In this document: positions 37,674 to 48,133 of the stretch, piece by piece
Layout: every line of letters starts with the position of its first letter
Numbering within the stretch: the first letter of the stretch is position 1
DNA from: Candidatus Aenigmatarchaeota archaeon
GTDB taxonomy: Archaea; Aenigmatarchaeota; Aenigmatarchaeia; GW2011-AR5; JACRAC01
Length of the DNA: 64,000 nt
NCBI GenBank assembly: GCA_016187395.1
Contig: JACPJV010000039.1
Location: 5,663 to 69,662 of the forward strand
Direction of reading: 5' to 3'
Position numbers and translations under genes: made by a program
The notes under the pieces: model-generated
Database searches by the model: none
Seen by the model: only the letters and a program-made list of their open reading frames with translations
What the model was told of the DNA's origin: nothing

Positions 37674-39620
37674 ATGAAATACCATTATCTGGCGTTACTT
37701 GCGTTTCTAATTGCAGCTGGGATTTCTTATGCTTCGCATATAGAGGTTCCTGCAGGATTTGCATCGCCTGACGCTATTTCGTACCCTGCTAACGTACAAG
37801 TACCTGCAAGCGGGTCTGCTTCTCTCACCATAAACATAGATCACGATATCGTATGGGGGAATGTTTATTATCTTGATGACGGAAGATGGATTCCGTATCA
37901 GCTAAGCGGCACGTTTATAGGAAGCACAGACTGGATTGAAGGCCCTGCTACAACAACTATAAGCATACCTTCAAGCGCGTTAAGCGATCAAAATAATCTT
38001 ATTATTATAACTTACGGCTGTGACGGATCATTTACGGCAGGATGGTCGTGCAGCAGCGCAGACGGCGACCCTGCATGGGAAGTACTGATTATTCCGATAT
38101 CGACGCAGCCTGCTGTGCCACCGCTGCCATCAGGAGCTATATGCGGAGATGATGTCTGCGAATTAGGCGAGGATGAAAACAGCTGCCCTGCTGATTGTGC
38201 ATCAGGATCAATCACAGAACCTATACCAGAAGGCTGGCCCACTTTCCTGCACGACGACCAGAGGACAGGCGTGGCTGACGGCGACGGGCCGCAGCAAGGA
38301 ACGGTAGCGTGGACAAAAGCAGGCGAAGTGCTGGCACGGGATAGCACCGGTGCGCCTACAAAAACCAAATATTTCGGGGATGAAGGGGTTTTGGCTGCAG
38401 ATGCTGGCAGGGTCTACGTGCATACAACGGTGTGGCAAAGGGGCGATCACTGGGATTATATTACAGCTTTGAATCCGGCAACAGGCGCGATGAAATGGGA
38501 ATACCGGATGCCTTTGTGCACAGACGGTTTCGCGGACAGACGCAGCGACAAAACTACAAATGTGCGCGATATAATCCTGGAAGGCGGAACGCTCTATGTG
38601 CCGCAGGACGGGGCTAAGTGCGGTTTTGATTACGGAACATTTACATCAGACGCGATGACCGGCTCAGGCGGAGGATTTATTGTGCTGGGCGCGGAAACAG
38701 GTTCCCTTGAAAGGACTCTCCACAAAACAGAATACAAGTTCTATGATGTGCCTTCGTCTGCAGAGAATATTATAGTATCAGGCAACAGAATCTATTATTA
38801 TTCGCAAAAGGACTATCTGGTTGCTTTAGATTCTTTCACAGGCGCAATCATATTCAAGACCCCGATTGCTAATCTTGGAGAGGGCGGCTCAATATCTTCC
38901 CTTTCTTTGTCCCCTGACGGCATACTGTATGCCAACGGCGTAAAAGAAGAAGTTGTGGGTGAGGATGAGGTACGCAAGAGCTATATTATAGGCTTTGACA
39001 CAACAACAGGGGCAAAGGTATTTGAGAAGACCTTCGAGTTGACTGAAGCGGGAAGGATATCGGCACCGCTTGTGATAGATGGCGACTATCTCTACGCCAA
39101 AGCCGGAGAAAGATCAACATTTGCGGCTGGAAGCGGTCCTGGAAGCGAGCTGGTGAGGATTAACAGGAAAGACGGGACTTCTTCAATAGTCTATTCTGAC
39201 CAGAAATACACGCTTTTCTTTGTGGGGCCTGACGGCACAAGCTATGGCATGGGAAGCAATGCGAGGATTGGGCCAAAGAAGACTGCCGGCAACAGGGCAA
39301 TCTACCGCTATCAGAGCGGAGACACAGACGCATATATCGGAGTGGGGGACGCGGGCAAGATAGTGTGGGTTGCTGGCGCTCCATCCGGCGATGAGGTTGG
39401 TGTGGTTGCCGCAGCAGACGCGATATTCGACACAAGAGACGCCAGCGGTGGCACGGGCATAGATAAAACTGAATTTTATAGTTATAGCCCGATGGACAGC
39501 ACTTTTGGGTGGAAACTAATGCAAGACGGAGAATTTGATATTGCCTTTGCATCGAACGGCGCGCTTTACGTGACTAATAACGAGGAAGGCGAAGGCAGGA
39601 CGCTGACAGCCATAAAGTAG
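37674..39620 (+). CDS. Secreted PQQ-like beta-propeller protein
   Basis: Signal peptide, CGDDVCELGEDENSCPADC module, WPTFLHDDQRTG, ALNPATGAMKW-type repeats. Confidence 0.88.
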   Translation: MKYHYLALLAFLIAAGISYASHIEVPAGFASPDAISYPANVQVPASGSASLTINIDHDIVWGNVYYLDDGRWIPYQLSGTFIGSTDWIEGPATTTISIPSSALSDQNNLIIITYGCDGSFTAGWSCSSADGDPAWEVLIIPISTQPAVPPLPSGAICGDDVCELGEDENSCPADCASGSITEPIPEGWPTFLHDDQRTGVADGDGPQQGTVAWTKAGEVLARDSTGAPTKTKYFGDEGVLAADAGRVYVHTTVWQRGDHWDYITALNPATGAMKWEYRMPLCTDGFADRRSDKTTNVRDIILEGGTLYVPQDGAKCGFDYGTFTSDAMTGSGGGFIVLGAETGSLERTLHKTEYKFYDVPSSAENIIVSGNRIYYYSQKDYLVALDSFTGAIIFKTPIANLGEGGSISSLSLSPDGILYANGVKEEVVGEDEVRKSYIIGFDTTTGAKVFEKTFELTEAGRISAPLVIDGDYLYAKAGERSTFAAGSGPGSELVRINRKDGTSSIVYSDQKYTLFFVGPDGTSYGMGSNARIGPKKTAGNRAIYRYQSGDTDAYIGVGDAGKIVWVAGAPSGDEVGVVAAADAIFDTRDASGGTGIDKTEFYSYSPMDSTFGWKLMQDGEFDIAFASNGALYVTNNEEGEGRTLTAIK

Positions 39621-39748
39621 ATGTTCTGTTTCTATGTTGCGGTATATGTGCAATGCCAGAAACAAACAGAACCTTTCTGCTAACAAGATTTCTACAATCT
39701 GCCAGCCCTCTATTTCCTTCTTTAATCCTTCTCCTGAAAAATATTGTC

Positions 39749-40774
39749 ATGCCACGAATAATCATGCACATAGACATGGACGCCTTCTATGCAGCTGTTG
39801 AGGAGCGCGATTCCCCTGAGCTGAAAGGCAGGCCTGTCGTTGTCGGTGCGAGCCCGAAAGGCGGGAAAGGTCGCGGCGTGGTGAGCACGGCGAATTATCT
39901 GGCGCGAAAATATGGCATCCACAGCGGCATGCCGATTTCTATTGCGTACAGAAAATGTCCTTCTGCTGTATTTCTTCCTGTAAACATGCGCAAGTACCAC
40001 GCAGTGTCACAGGAGATTATGGGGATAGTAAGAAAACACGGAGAAAAGTTTGAACAGGTTAGCGTAGACGAGGCTTTTCTAGAATTGCATAAAAGTTACG
40101 ATGAGGCAGCTGAAATAGCAAAGAAGGTGAAGGAAGAGATAAAGGAAAGGGAAAGATTGACGTGCTCGATAGGCATAGGACCTAACAAACTTGTTGCCAA
40201 AATAGCTTCAGATTACCGGAAACCAGACGGGCTTACTGTGGTTAAGCCGGAGGATGTGCTCAGTTTCTTGTCGCCCCTTAATGTGCGCAAGATTCCGGGC
40301 ATAGGCCCGAAGACAGAGGCTGCTCTGAAGGCAAGAGGAATAGAAACGGTAAGGCAGCTTCGCGCCACGCCTTTGTTTGCGCTAAAGGAGTGGTTCGGAG
40401 ATAAGTTCGGCGGATATTTTCATGAAATGGCGCGGGGCATTGATGAAAGCCCGCTGGAAGAGGAAAGGGAGGCAAAATCAGCGGGCGCTGAGCATACATT
40501 TGACGAAGACACAAACGACAGGACAAAAATATACGGCGTGCTGGCGCAGATGGCCCGTGCGGTGGTCAAGCCACTGAAAAATCAGAAATTCAAAACAATC
40601 GCAATAAAAATCAGGTATGAAAACTTTGAGACGCATACGGCGCAGCGCACGCTAAAACATTATTCGGGCAGCTATGAAGAATCCCTGGAAGTTGCAAAAA
40701 AGCTTCTGGAACCTTTTCTGCAGAAAAACAGGAAGATAAGATTGATCGGTCTCAGTGTCAGGAAGTTCGGGTGA
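39749..40774 (+). CDS. dinB: Y-family DNA polymerase IV
   Basis: HIDMDAFYA, ANYLARKYG, SVDEAF, KPDG, IPGIG, IRLIGL; start re-called at MPRIIMH. Confidence 0.96.
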   Translation: MPRIIMHIDMDAFYAAVEERDSPELKGRPVVVGASPKGGKGRGVVSTANYLARKYGIHSGMPISIAYRKCPSAVFLPVNMRKYHAVSQEIMGIVRKHGEKFEQVSVDEAFLELHKSYDEAAEIAKKVKEEIKERERLTCSIGIGPNKLVAKIASDYRKPDGLTVVKPEDVLSFLSPLNVRKIPGIGPKTEAALKARGIETVRQLRATPLFALKEWFGDKFGGYFHEMARGIDESPLEEEREAKSAGAEHTFDEDTNDRTKIYGVLAQMARAVVKPLKNQKFKTIAIKIRYENFETHTAQRTLKHYSGSYEESLEVAKKLLEPFLQKNRKIRLIGLSVRKFG

Positions 40775-40892
40775 TGCAAAAATAATTTTGATGTGATTTG
40801 TGTGCCAAAAGTCACGCGATGGGCAAGAGCAAAAAAAACGGGCTGAAGGTCTTTACAACATTGATAGAGGGTTACAAAGTTGGACTCTCTTT

Positions 40893-41043
40893 TATAGTGA
40901 TGCAAGGAATACAAGAATGAGCGAAGCTCATTCTGTACAGCAGGAACTTCGTTCCTGCTTGTAAATCAGGATATAATACTTCCTTGCTCACTATATGTGA
41001 AACCACAAGTATGATATCCTGTTTATTTTGTGGTTTCACTATA
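40893..41043. mobile_element. Family B doublet with nested family A (40910-40963)
   Basis: Nearly the reverse complement of 61942-62092. Confidence 0.88.
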
Positions 41044-41081
41044 ACGAAAAGTATATATATCGAATGAAGCGATTTCAATGC

Positions 41082-42191
41082 ATGAAAAAGGAGCCGTCGC
41101 CGAAGAATTTCATTCTGCTGATGGTAGCGCTGATGGCCATGGCTACGTCATACACCCTGATAACAGACAACAGCAGCTTTACAGGATTCGTGACAGAAGA
41201 CGATTACGGGGTCACCAGCCCGTACGCGGAGGACATAACGCCAAACGAACAGGAATTGCAGCAAGGCGCTCCTGTATTCACATCATTGAGCGTAAGCCCG
41301 GGAGCGACGACGAGGTGCGGCACTGGCCTAACCGGGGAACATGCTGCGGAGAACTGTGGAACGCACAATCCGAAGAGTCCAGTGCAGACAACGTTTTCAG
41401 CTGAAGGTTATTCTCCTGACGGCCTTTCGGTGAAACTGGAATGCAAATACAAGGCACTTGCAGGCGCCAGGATAGACATATGCGAGAGCGACTTTGTTGA
41501 AGAGAATCCTTCATGTTCAACGAGCAGAATTGGCGGGTACGCTCCGTATCTATACTCCCTAGGCACAGCAGACGGATGGAAGAGATTTAATGTTCACTGT
41601 TTCCTCACGGACTCGGAAGGAAAGGTTTCCGACTGGACGAGCGCCGAATACAGAAGCGTTGACTTCAAGCTGGCAGATACGGATTACTATAAAAAGGCAG
41701 GGTATGCCATGTGCACTGAAATATCTGACGATGCCAATGACCCGGCTGTGAAGGGAGTGGCAACGACTTTGAATCCAGCGCGCACGTATACAGACAGCTG
41801 TTCAGGGACAAAGCTTGCAGGCGGCACGACCAGGGTTACGCAATATTACTGCCCAGGTCCGATGACTCCCAGCCCGTATGTGAAATCCCAGGAGTGTCCG
41901 ATAGGACAGGCGTGCATTGACGGAGCATGCCAGACCGTCACGCTCAGTTCAAGCGATATTCCCAAGTGTACAGACACAGACCCTGCAAATGACCTTGCTG
42001 TGAAAGGCGAATTAAAAGTTGTAAGGAACGGGCGCACGTCTGTGCTCAAGGACTCCTGCTATCCAAAGACGGTAGCTAACCCGCGGGTATTGCAGTATTC
42101 CTGCGCTTCTACGTATCAGGGCTATTCAAGCGCCATCAAGCCGTGCCCGAGTGGAAAGATGTGCTCGGATGGTGCCTGTGTTGCCAGATAA
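41082..42191 (+). CDS. Membrane-anchored Cys-rich exported protein
   Basis: TM + FTGFV; two CTDxD...KG...DSC...QYxC...CxDGAC repeats. Confidence 0.85.
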   Translation: MKKEPSPKNFILLMVALMAMATSYTLITDNSSFTGFVTEDDYGVTSPYAEDITPNEQELQQGAPVFTSLSVSPGATTRCGTGLTGEHAAENCGTHNPKSPVQTTFSAEGYSPDGLSVKLECKYKALAGARIDICESDFVEENPSCSTSRIGGYAPYLYSLGTADGWKRFNVHCFLTDSEGKVSDWTSAEYRSVDFKLADTDYYKKAGYAMCTEISDDANDPAVKGVATTLNPARTYTDSCSGTKLAGGTTRVTQYYCPGPMTPSPYVKSQECPIGQACIDGACQTVTLSSSDIPKCTDTDPANDLAVKGELKVVRNGRTSVLKDSCYPKTVANPRVLQYSCASTYQGYSSAIKPCPSGKMCSDGACVAR

Positions 42192-42285
42192 ATTCTCCAG
42201 GTGCAATGCACAAACCATATTTCTGAAATTTGGATTTTTCACAGAAGGCGTTTTCTTCTCGAACAGAACGTGAAATGATTTGCTT

Positions 42286-42661
42286 CTATATATGTCACGC
42301 AGGCGAAGGCCTGCCGGGTCTTGAAGCAAAGCCTTGGAAGAGCGAAGCTCTTCAAGGTCCCGAAGAAGCTTTGCTTCTTTGCAGGAAAGCAGAGGTTTTA
42401 GAGGGCTTCCGAAGATATAGTGAAGCAAATTAATAATCCCGACTAGAAATTTGCTTCACATATAGTGCGCAAGGAATTATCATATAGCGATTTATTCCTT
42501 GCAGCACTATAAATATGCAGCGAGGGCAAACTGGTTTTGTCCCAAAGCCAACACTACCAAAAGAGATAAATTAGCAGATACAGCAGGAGCTTCGCTCCTG
42601 CTTGTAGTGCGCAAGGAATTATTATATCAGACTAATCCTATTTATTCCTTGCAGCACTATA
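42286..42661. mobile_element. Cluster: degenerate family C (42286-42419), family B doublet (42416-42511), single family A hairpin plus family B (42579-42661)
   Basis: AAAGCAGAGGTTTTAGAGGGCTTCCGAAGATA; TATAGTGAAGCAAATT...AATTTGCTTCACATATA; TAGTGCGCAAGGAAT...ATTCCTTGCAGCACTATA twice. Confidence 0.82.
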
Positions 42662-42686
42662 TCCAAATTGTTCCGACGGTGATAGC

Positions 42687-45680
42687 TTGCCCGTGTACCA
42701 TGACAAGAGTCCGGCGATGAGGGCGTACCTGCTGATTCTGCTGGTTGCGGTTGTTGGAATCATCGGCATGAGCATGCCTGACTGGGCATTCAGCTTTACA
42801 GGCTTTGCGGCAGAAAACATCTCGCAGCAGCAAGGCCCTGAAAACTGCAAAGACGGCAATGCAGATGGAATGCCGGACGGCTACAGAATAGGCGCGGACG
42901 GCTACAAGTACTGCATGGAAATGATAACGTCTGGGGTGTTTGCCGGAAAGCCGGGCAGACTTTATTTCTATGCGTGGCACGAAGACGGAATCGACAGCAT
43001 AAGTTTGTATTCTGATGATAACATCATTACAGGCATAAAATACAAGGCATGCAAGCTTTCAAAAGAGTGCAGCGTTCTTAACACTATCTCTGCAAATTAC
43101 CCGGACAGGTACATTATCAGGGGGACTCTTTACACACGAGTAAAAAGACCTGTTCCCACGGTAAAAATCATAAACGCAGGGTGCGAATCAGAGTACTGCG
43201 AACCAAACCCCGCATATACAGACTTTTTCAGCTGGCTCAGGTCAGCGGGGTATAGGGAATGCGTCGCGGGATTTTACCTTGATAAACTGAAGAATCACAA
43301 TCAAAGCGCTGCTGTTAGAAGCATGCTGTCGAAAAAAGTTAATGTTGCACAGCCGCTTGCCGTGAATTTCTATGACATCATACCGGATGACATCAATGCA
43401 ACTTACAGCCCGATGGCTGAAGGCGAGGGCGTGAGTTGCAATGCCAGTGAGCAGAATCCTGGATTCTGCCTTGCACCGGTCACTGCTGACTACAAATTTG
43501 CTGAAAGCCATTTTGAAGGCACGTTCGGGATAGATTTTGAATTTGCCTACAATCAGGTGCGTATAAATTACAGCCAGTCCATTGGAAGGCCGCAGCTTGT
43601 CAGGATTAACTCAACAAACTTCTACAAATATCCTTCCAGGAGCAGTTTTGCCGCCGGATTCACAGAGCCCTATTCTATTCTGCATTATGCGATAGAGACA
43701 TTGAACGGAATTCCGGTGCATGATATGACAGGCTTTCTTTCAAACAAGAGAATGGAAATAAGCTTGGAGCCTTTGGATGCGGATTCTGCAAGGATATACG
43801 CAAGGGAGTTCGGCCGCGCACTCGGGCTGCAGGAACTTCCCAGAAACGCGGGAAGCCAGCTGGAACTTCCCGGCATCATGGACAGCCTGCGGCGCAACTC
43901 TTCGCTTGACGTGACAAGCCCAATCGAGAGGTATGTCACCGCGCCTGAAGATGGATTCCTGGATGAAGCCACGTATGCGGACAGATATAACAGCATTCTG
44001 CAGCCTGCGTGCGGAAACGCAGACCCTGCTATATTATACGGAAAGACTGCTGAACAGAACAGTACAGAAACTACATACGAACTGACGCTGACTAACCATG
44101 GCGAGACGCCAACAGGATTCTTCAAGGTCGCTGTTTTTGACAGCCCTGCTAGTGCCAACCCTGCTGAGGAAAGGCTCGTGGAACTCATAGAGCCGGGCAA
44201 AACCATGAAATTCAATTTCACTATTTTGAATTCAAGATTCGCAGGCAGTCCAGTCTTTGTCCTGGACAGTGAAAACCAGATCGCAGGAGAAAACGCGCAG
44301 AACAACCGCTGGCCTCTCAGGAAGCAGAAGAGAAAATTCTTTGTTCCCAGTCTGCCAGATATCCGGGCATATGTTTCTGATGAGATGCCCGGCAATGATG
44401 TGGAGTATGAAAATGACGAAAACGTAATATTGATGGATGAGATCGGAAGGAGGTATGCGGAGCTGGTTGGGATGTTCTCAAAAGGCAATGTTGACATCCA
44501 ACGCCTCAGGATAAGCGTGGATATAGGCAGAATTGCCATAGACACAAATGGCACGTCAGGCGTTTCACCGATGCATACGTTGTTTGTTGAGAATGACAAC
44601 AGTGGCGCAGGCGTTTACGTATGCCCGCTGGCTAAGGACGCGGCTGATGTCTACGTTGGCTGCGAAAATGAAACGGTTTTCACAGGCCAGTTTCCCCAGA
44701 CGATAGGCGGTGTGACTGTGAGCATCGACGGCAATGAATATAAAATCGAAGGCCTTACAGGAAGCGGCGCAGGGTCGCTGCCGCTGCCAGACTCTACAGG
44801 GCCACTGGTCGAATTAACGGCTCCGACTCCTGATGATTATGCCTTTGCTGGAAGCAATGAAGTTATAACAATAAGAGCCTCTGCAAATTCGGCTTTCCAG
44901 AGAACCGTGGCGCGATGCGTGCTGGAGTGGAACGAGCAAAATGAAAGCATGACTATGCAGGGAGGCGGAAGCAACGCCGTGTGCGAAAAGGCAAAGAGCG
45001 GCCTTGAACAGGGGCTTCACCAGTACAGGGTTTTTGCGGTGGACTCGGCAGGATATGCCGGCGAGAGCGAAATAAGATTCCTCGAGATTGTGCAATCCCA
45101 GGAATGCCCGCCTGAGCCTGAACTGCCTCTTTGCGACGGCATCCTTGTTCCGCTCTACGATGAGTCATTCTGCATCGCAGAATACAGCTGCGAATCAGAA
45201 TCTTTTGATATTGCCGCAGAGACTGCCGAAAGCGAAGAACTGACGAACACAGACGAAGAAACTATCACAGATATGCCCGGCGAAACAGCAGAAGAAGAAA
45301 TGCCTGCAGGAGATGCAGAAACAGAAGTTTCTCAGGAAGTCAGCACAGAAACGACATGCCATTCATGCCTTCAACCCGGCTCATGGTCTGGCTGTTCTGA
45401 AGGCACGCAGCAGCGCGCAAATTACAGGTGCGGCGCAGACACAGGGTACGCCTGCGAGGCGTTCACAGAAAGCCGGGAATGCCATGTTGCAGAAAAAACG
45501 CCGCAAGAAGCATCTCAAATCAATATTGAGAATATGGGAAAACTTGCAGCAGCCGTGTGCGCAGGCGGACTGGGATGCAGGACGGTTTCTGCGGTAACGC
45601 TGGTTGCAGACGTAATCGGGGTTCTGGATTTTTCCATTCGTGCCGTTGTTTTTCTCCAGGCAGGCATGGCATACGTATAA
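42687..45680 (+). CDS. Large surface protein: degenerate peptidase-like domain, CARDB-like and Ig-like domains, acidic linker
   Basis: TM + FTGFA; FFSWLRSAGY resembles FFSWMESHGY of 20517; REFGRALGL in place of HExGH; DSENQIAGENAQNN. Confidence 0.82.
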   Translation: MPVYHDKSPAMRAYLLILLVAVVGIIGMSMPDWAFSFTGFAAENISQQQGPENCKDGNADGMPDGYRIGADGYKYCMEMITSGVFAGKPGRLYFYAWHEDGIDSISLYSDDNIITGIKYKACKLSKECSVLNTISANYPDRYIIRGTLYTRVKRPVPTVKIINAGCESEYCEPNPAYTDFFSWLRSAGYRECVAGFYLDKLKNHNQSAAVRSMLSKKVNVAQPLAVNFYDIIPDDINATYSPMAEGEGVSCNASEQNPGFCLAPVTADYKFAESHFEGTFGIDFEFAYNQVRINYSQSIGRPQLVRINSTNFYKYPSRSSFAAGFTEPYSILHYAIETLNGIPVHDMTGFLSNKRMEISLEPLDADSARIYAREFGRALGLQELPRNAGSQLELPGIMDSLRRNSSLDVTSPIERYVTAPEDGFLDEATYADRYNSILQPACGNADPAILYGKTAEQNSTETTYELTLTNHGETPTGFFKVAVFDSPASANPAEERLVELIEPGKTMKFNFTILNSRFAGSPVFVLDSENQIAGENAQNNRWPLRKQKRKFFVPSLPDIRAYVSDEMPGNDVEYENDENVILMDEIGRRYAELVGMFSKGNVDIQRLRISVDIGRIAIDTNGTSGVSPMHTLFVENDNSGAGVYVCPLAKDAADVYVGCENETVFTGQFPQTIGGVTVSIDGNEYKIEGLTGSGAGSLPLPDSTGPLVELTAPTPDDYAFAGSNEVITIRASANSAFQRTVARCVLEWNEQNESMTMQGGGSNAVCEKAKSGLEQGLHQYRVFAVDSAGYAGESEIRFLEIVQSQECPPEPELPLCDGILVPLYDESFCIAEYSCESESFDIAAETAESEELTNTDEETITDMPGETAEEEMPAGDAETEVSQEVSTETTCHSCLQPGSWSGCSEGTQQRANYRCGADTGYACEAFTESRECHVAEKTPQEASQINIENMGKLAAAVCAGGLGCRTVSAVTLVADVIGVLDFSIRAVVFLQAGMAYV

Positions 45681-45714
45681 AAGATTTAGCTGCCATTTTA
45701 TACTCCTGAGAATT

Positions 45715-46464
45715 ATGCCTTTTTCAGCAGAGCTAAGGGATATAGACATTCTTCGGGAGAGCCTGTCAGCTATAGCAGAGATCATAGACGAAACAGAGAT
45801 AATAATCCGGGAGGACGGCATATACATGCTGGCAGCTGACCGCGCGGTTGTGGCTGTGGTGGATTTCTTTTTGTCCAGAGGTGTGTTTTCTGAATATTCC
45901 TTTGAAGGCGAGCAACGCATAGGGATGAACCTGATGAATCTGCTGCGGATACTCAGAAGAGCGAGTCCAGGAGATATCCTAAGGTTCACGATTGAAGACG
46001 GCAAGATGAAATTCAGGCTGTCCGGAGAATCTGTACGAACCTTTTCGCTACCTATAATAGATGTATCCAAGCAGGAAATGCCTGACCTTGAAAAGCTTTC
46101 ATTCGCGTCTTCCTTTGACATAAGCAGCGAGGTTCTCGGCAGTGGCATAGAAGATTCTGATCTTATTACGGATAGCCTTGTTTTCTCGGTAAGTTCAGAC
46201 CGTGTTTTGATGGCTGCGGACAGCGATCTTGCCAGCTTTAACATGGAGCTGAAGGCAGGAAGCCCTGCACTCAGGATGCTAAACGGCGAAAGGGCAGCAC
46301 GCGCAAGATACTCCCTGGATTACCTAAAGCGGATAATGAAGGCAAGAAGGCTTTCTGATACAGTTAAGGTTCAGTTAGGCCCGGAATATCCTGCGAAATT
46401 CACGTACGATATACCTGAAAAGGCGCGCCTTTCTTTTGTCGTGGCGCCGAGAAGGGATGAGTAG
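45715..46464 (+). CDS. pcn: PCNA sliding clamp
   Basis: 249 aa; AIAEIIDE, AADRAVVAVV, RYSLDYL, PEYPAKF, FVVAPR. Confidence 0.93.
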   Translation: MPFSAELRDIDILRESLSAIAEIIDETEIIIREDGIYMLAADRAVVAVVDFFLSRGVFSEYSFEGEQRIGMNLMNLLRILRRASPGDILRFTIEDGKMKFRLSGESVRTFSLPIIDVSKQEMPDLEKLSFASSFDISSEVLGSGIEDSDLITDSLVFSVSSDRVLMAADSDLASFNMELKAGSPALRMLNGERAARARYSLDYLKRIMKARRLSDTVKVQLGPEYPAKFTYDIPEKARLSFVVAPRRDE

Positions 46465-46477
46465 TTTCCTGCGCCTA

Positions 46478-46640
46478 TCACCTTTCAATTTTTAGCTGCG
46501 GAATTCTCGAGAAGTCCGAGATATTTCTTGTTATTATTTTTTCATCTTTCGCAATGCAGATAGAGGCTATCAGGACATCGAAAACATCTATGATTCTCCC
46601 TGTTTTACGATTTTTCGCGAATATGTCAGCTGCTATAGTG
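46478..46640 (-). pseudogene. C-terminal half of a PIN/VapC toxin truncated by a hairpin element
   Basis: AADIFAKNRKTGRIIDVFDVLIASICIAKDEKIITRNISDFSRIPQL resembles the end of 2105-2497; the 5' part is replaced by 46634-46785. Confidence 0.8.
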
Positions 46641-46785
46641 CTCCAAGGAATAAATCGGCATATCATACTTCCTTGGGCACTACAAGCAGGAGCGAAGCTC
46701 CTGCTGTACAGCAGAACTCTTCGAGTTCTGCTTGTATATGTGAAACAATGAAATCATATCGGGATTATTTCATTGTTTCACTATA
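46634..46785. mobile_element. Family B doublet with family A (46681-46736) at the central TA
   Basis: TATAGTGC-T-CCAAGGAA...TTCCTTGG-GCACTA[A]TA-T-GTGAAACAATGAAAT...ATTTCATTGTTTCAC-TATA. Confidence 0.87.
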
Positions 46786-46825
46786 TCCTCAATCAGGTTT
46801 TATCCTTTTGTTCCATTTCATTATC

Positions 46826-48061
46826 ATGGCTTTTGAATGGCTGAAAGGCATTTTTAACAAAAAACAAGAAGTGCAGAGAGAAAGGGTGAGATTAAGCATA
46901 GAGGAAGCGGCAAAAATCCTTTCTGATGTTCAGAACGAAGGGAGGAAAAAAGTGCTCTCTGATATAACCAGCATAAGAACGGATGCCCTCAGGATACTGG
47001 AAAAAGTTCAGAAAGAATTTGGGCTTTTGCTCAAAGCATCTCCTGAAGAGCCGCGTGCTCAGGCTTCCAAGCAGATAAAGGACACGTTTGCAGGGAAATC
47101 CCTTGGTATTATTCGATCTTTTGCTAAAAACAACGTGGAATGCACCAGCATGGAGGAATATGAAGCGTTTGCTGGGGAATGCAGCAAGCTCGTATCGTCT
47201 ATAAGCATAAGCCCTACCGAGGCTTCTCACATGAAATTTTTCTTTGATGAGCAGATAAAAAATGCGGCTGGATCAATAAAGGATTTTTCTGTTTCCGTGG
47301 AAATGATTAAAGGCAAGATACGGGAACATAAGAATAAATTTATAAATTCTGATGAACAGCTTCGGCTTATAGAACAAAAACAGCTTGATATGGAAAAAAT
47401 TTCATCGGAAGCCGGCGCCTTGGAAGAAAACGCGGAAAAGTCCTCCAAGGAGGCGGAATCACTCCTGCTGGAAATAAAGAACGTTGAGGGATTGGAAGAG
47501 TCGAAGGAGCTTCTAAGGAGGGCGGAGGACTCTGCTAAAAGAAGGGAGGAAGAAGTTAATTCACAATTCTATACAATATCCAAGGTTCTCAGGAAATACA
47601 TCCATAAAATTGCAACAAAAGAGGAATCACTTCTTATAGCCAGGTATTTATCCTCGCCTAAAACTGCTTTCATAGAGGACGGAAATCTCGCTATAGCTGA
47701 TATCATTGAGAATGCAATGAAGCATTTTGCAGAATTAGAGCTGGACGAGAAGAGTTTTGAAAAAATCAGGCTGTTTCCAGACAAGTTGCGATTAACCGCT
47801 CTTAGAGAGGAGCTGTTAAACGCAGAGAGGGAAAGGCAGGATAAACAGGCAGAAATGTTTCCTCTGGAGAAAATGGAACTCCTGAACACAGAAAGAAAGA
47901 GAAATGCGAAAGAAATGAAGGAAAACTCCCAAAAAATGAAACAGGAAGCGGTTAATTTGAGAAACGCCATAGAAAAGAAACAATCGGAATTAGAAGAGGC
48001 TAAGGCAAAATTATCGGAAGAATTAGGCAAATTAGTCAATAAAGAAATAATCATATATTGA
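46826..48061 (+). CDS. Coiled-coil hypothetical protein
   Basis: MAFEWLKGIFNKK start; long E/K-rich heptads. Confidence 0.85.
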   Translation: MAFEWLKGIFNKKQEVQRERVRLSIEEAAKILSDVQNEGRKKVLSDITSIRTDALRILEKVQKEFGLLLKASPEEPRAQASKQIKDTFAGKSLGIIRSFAKNNVECTSMEEYEAFAGECSKLVSSISISPTEASHMKFFFDEQIKNAAGSIKDFSVSVEMIKGKIREHKNKFINSDEQLRLIEQKQLDMEKISSEAGALEENAEKSSKEAESLLLEIKNVEGLEESKELLRRAEDSAKRREEEVNSQFYTISKVLRKYIHKIATKEESLLIARYLSSPKTAFIEDGNLAIADIIENAMKHFAELELDEKSFEKIRLFPDKLRLTALREELLNAERERQDKQAEMFPLEKMELLNTERKRNAKEMKENSQKMKQEAVNLRNAIEKKQSELEEAKAKLSEELGKLVNKEIIIY

Positions 48062-48133
48062 CCTTCGAAAGCGCCGTTTGGATTCTCTTCTAAATCCACA
48101 AACTTAATATATACAGAAAAGGCTAGGTTATAT

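Noticed and set aside
45381..46244. 287-aa minus-strand ORF
   Set aside because: Antisense shadow of PCNA
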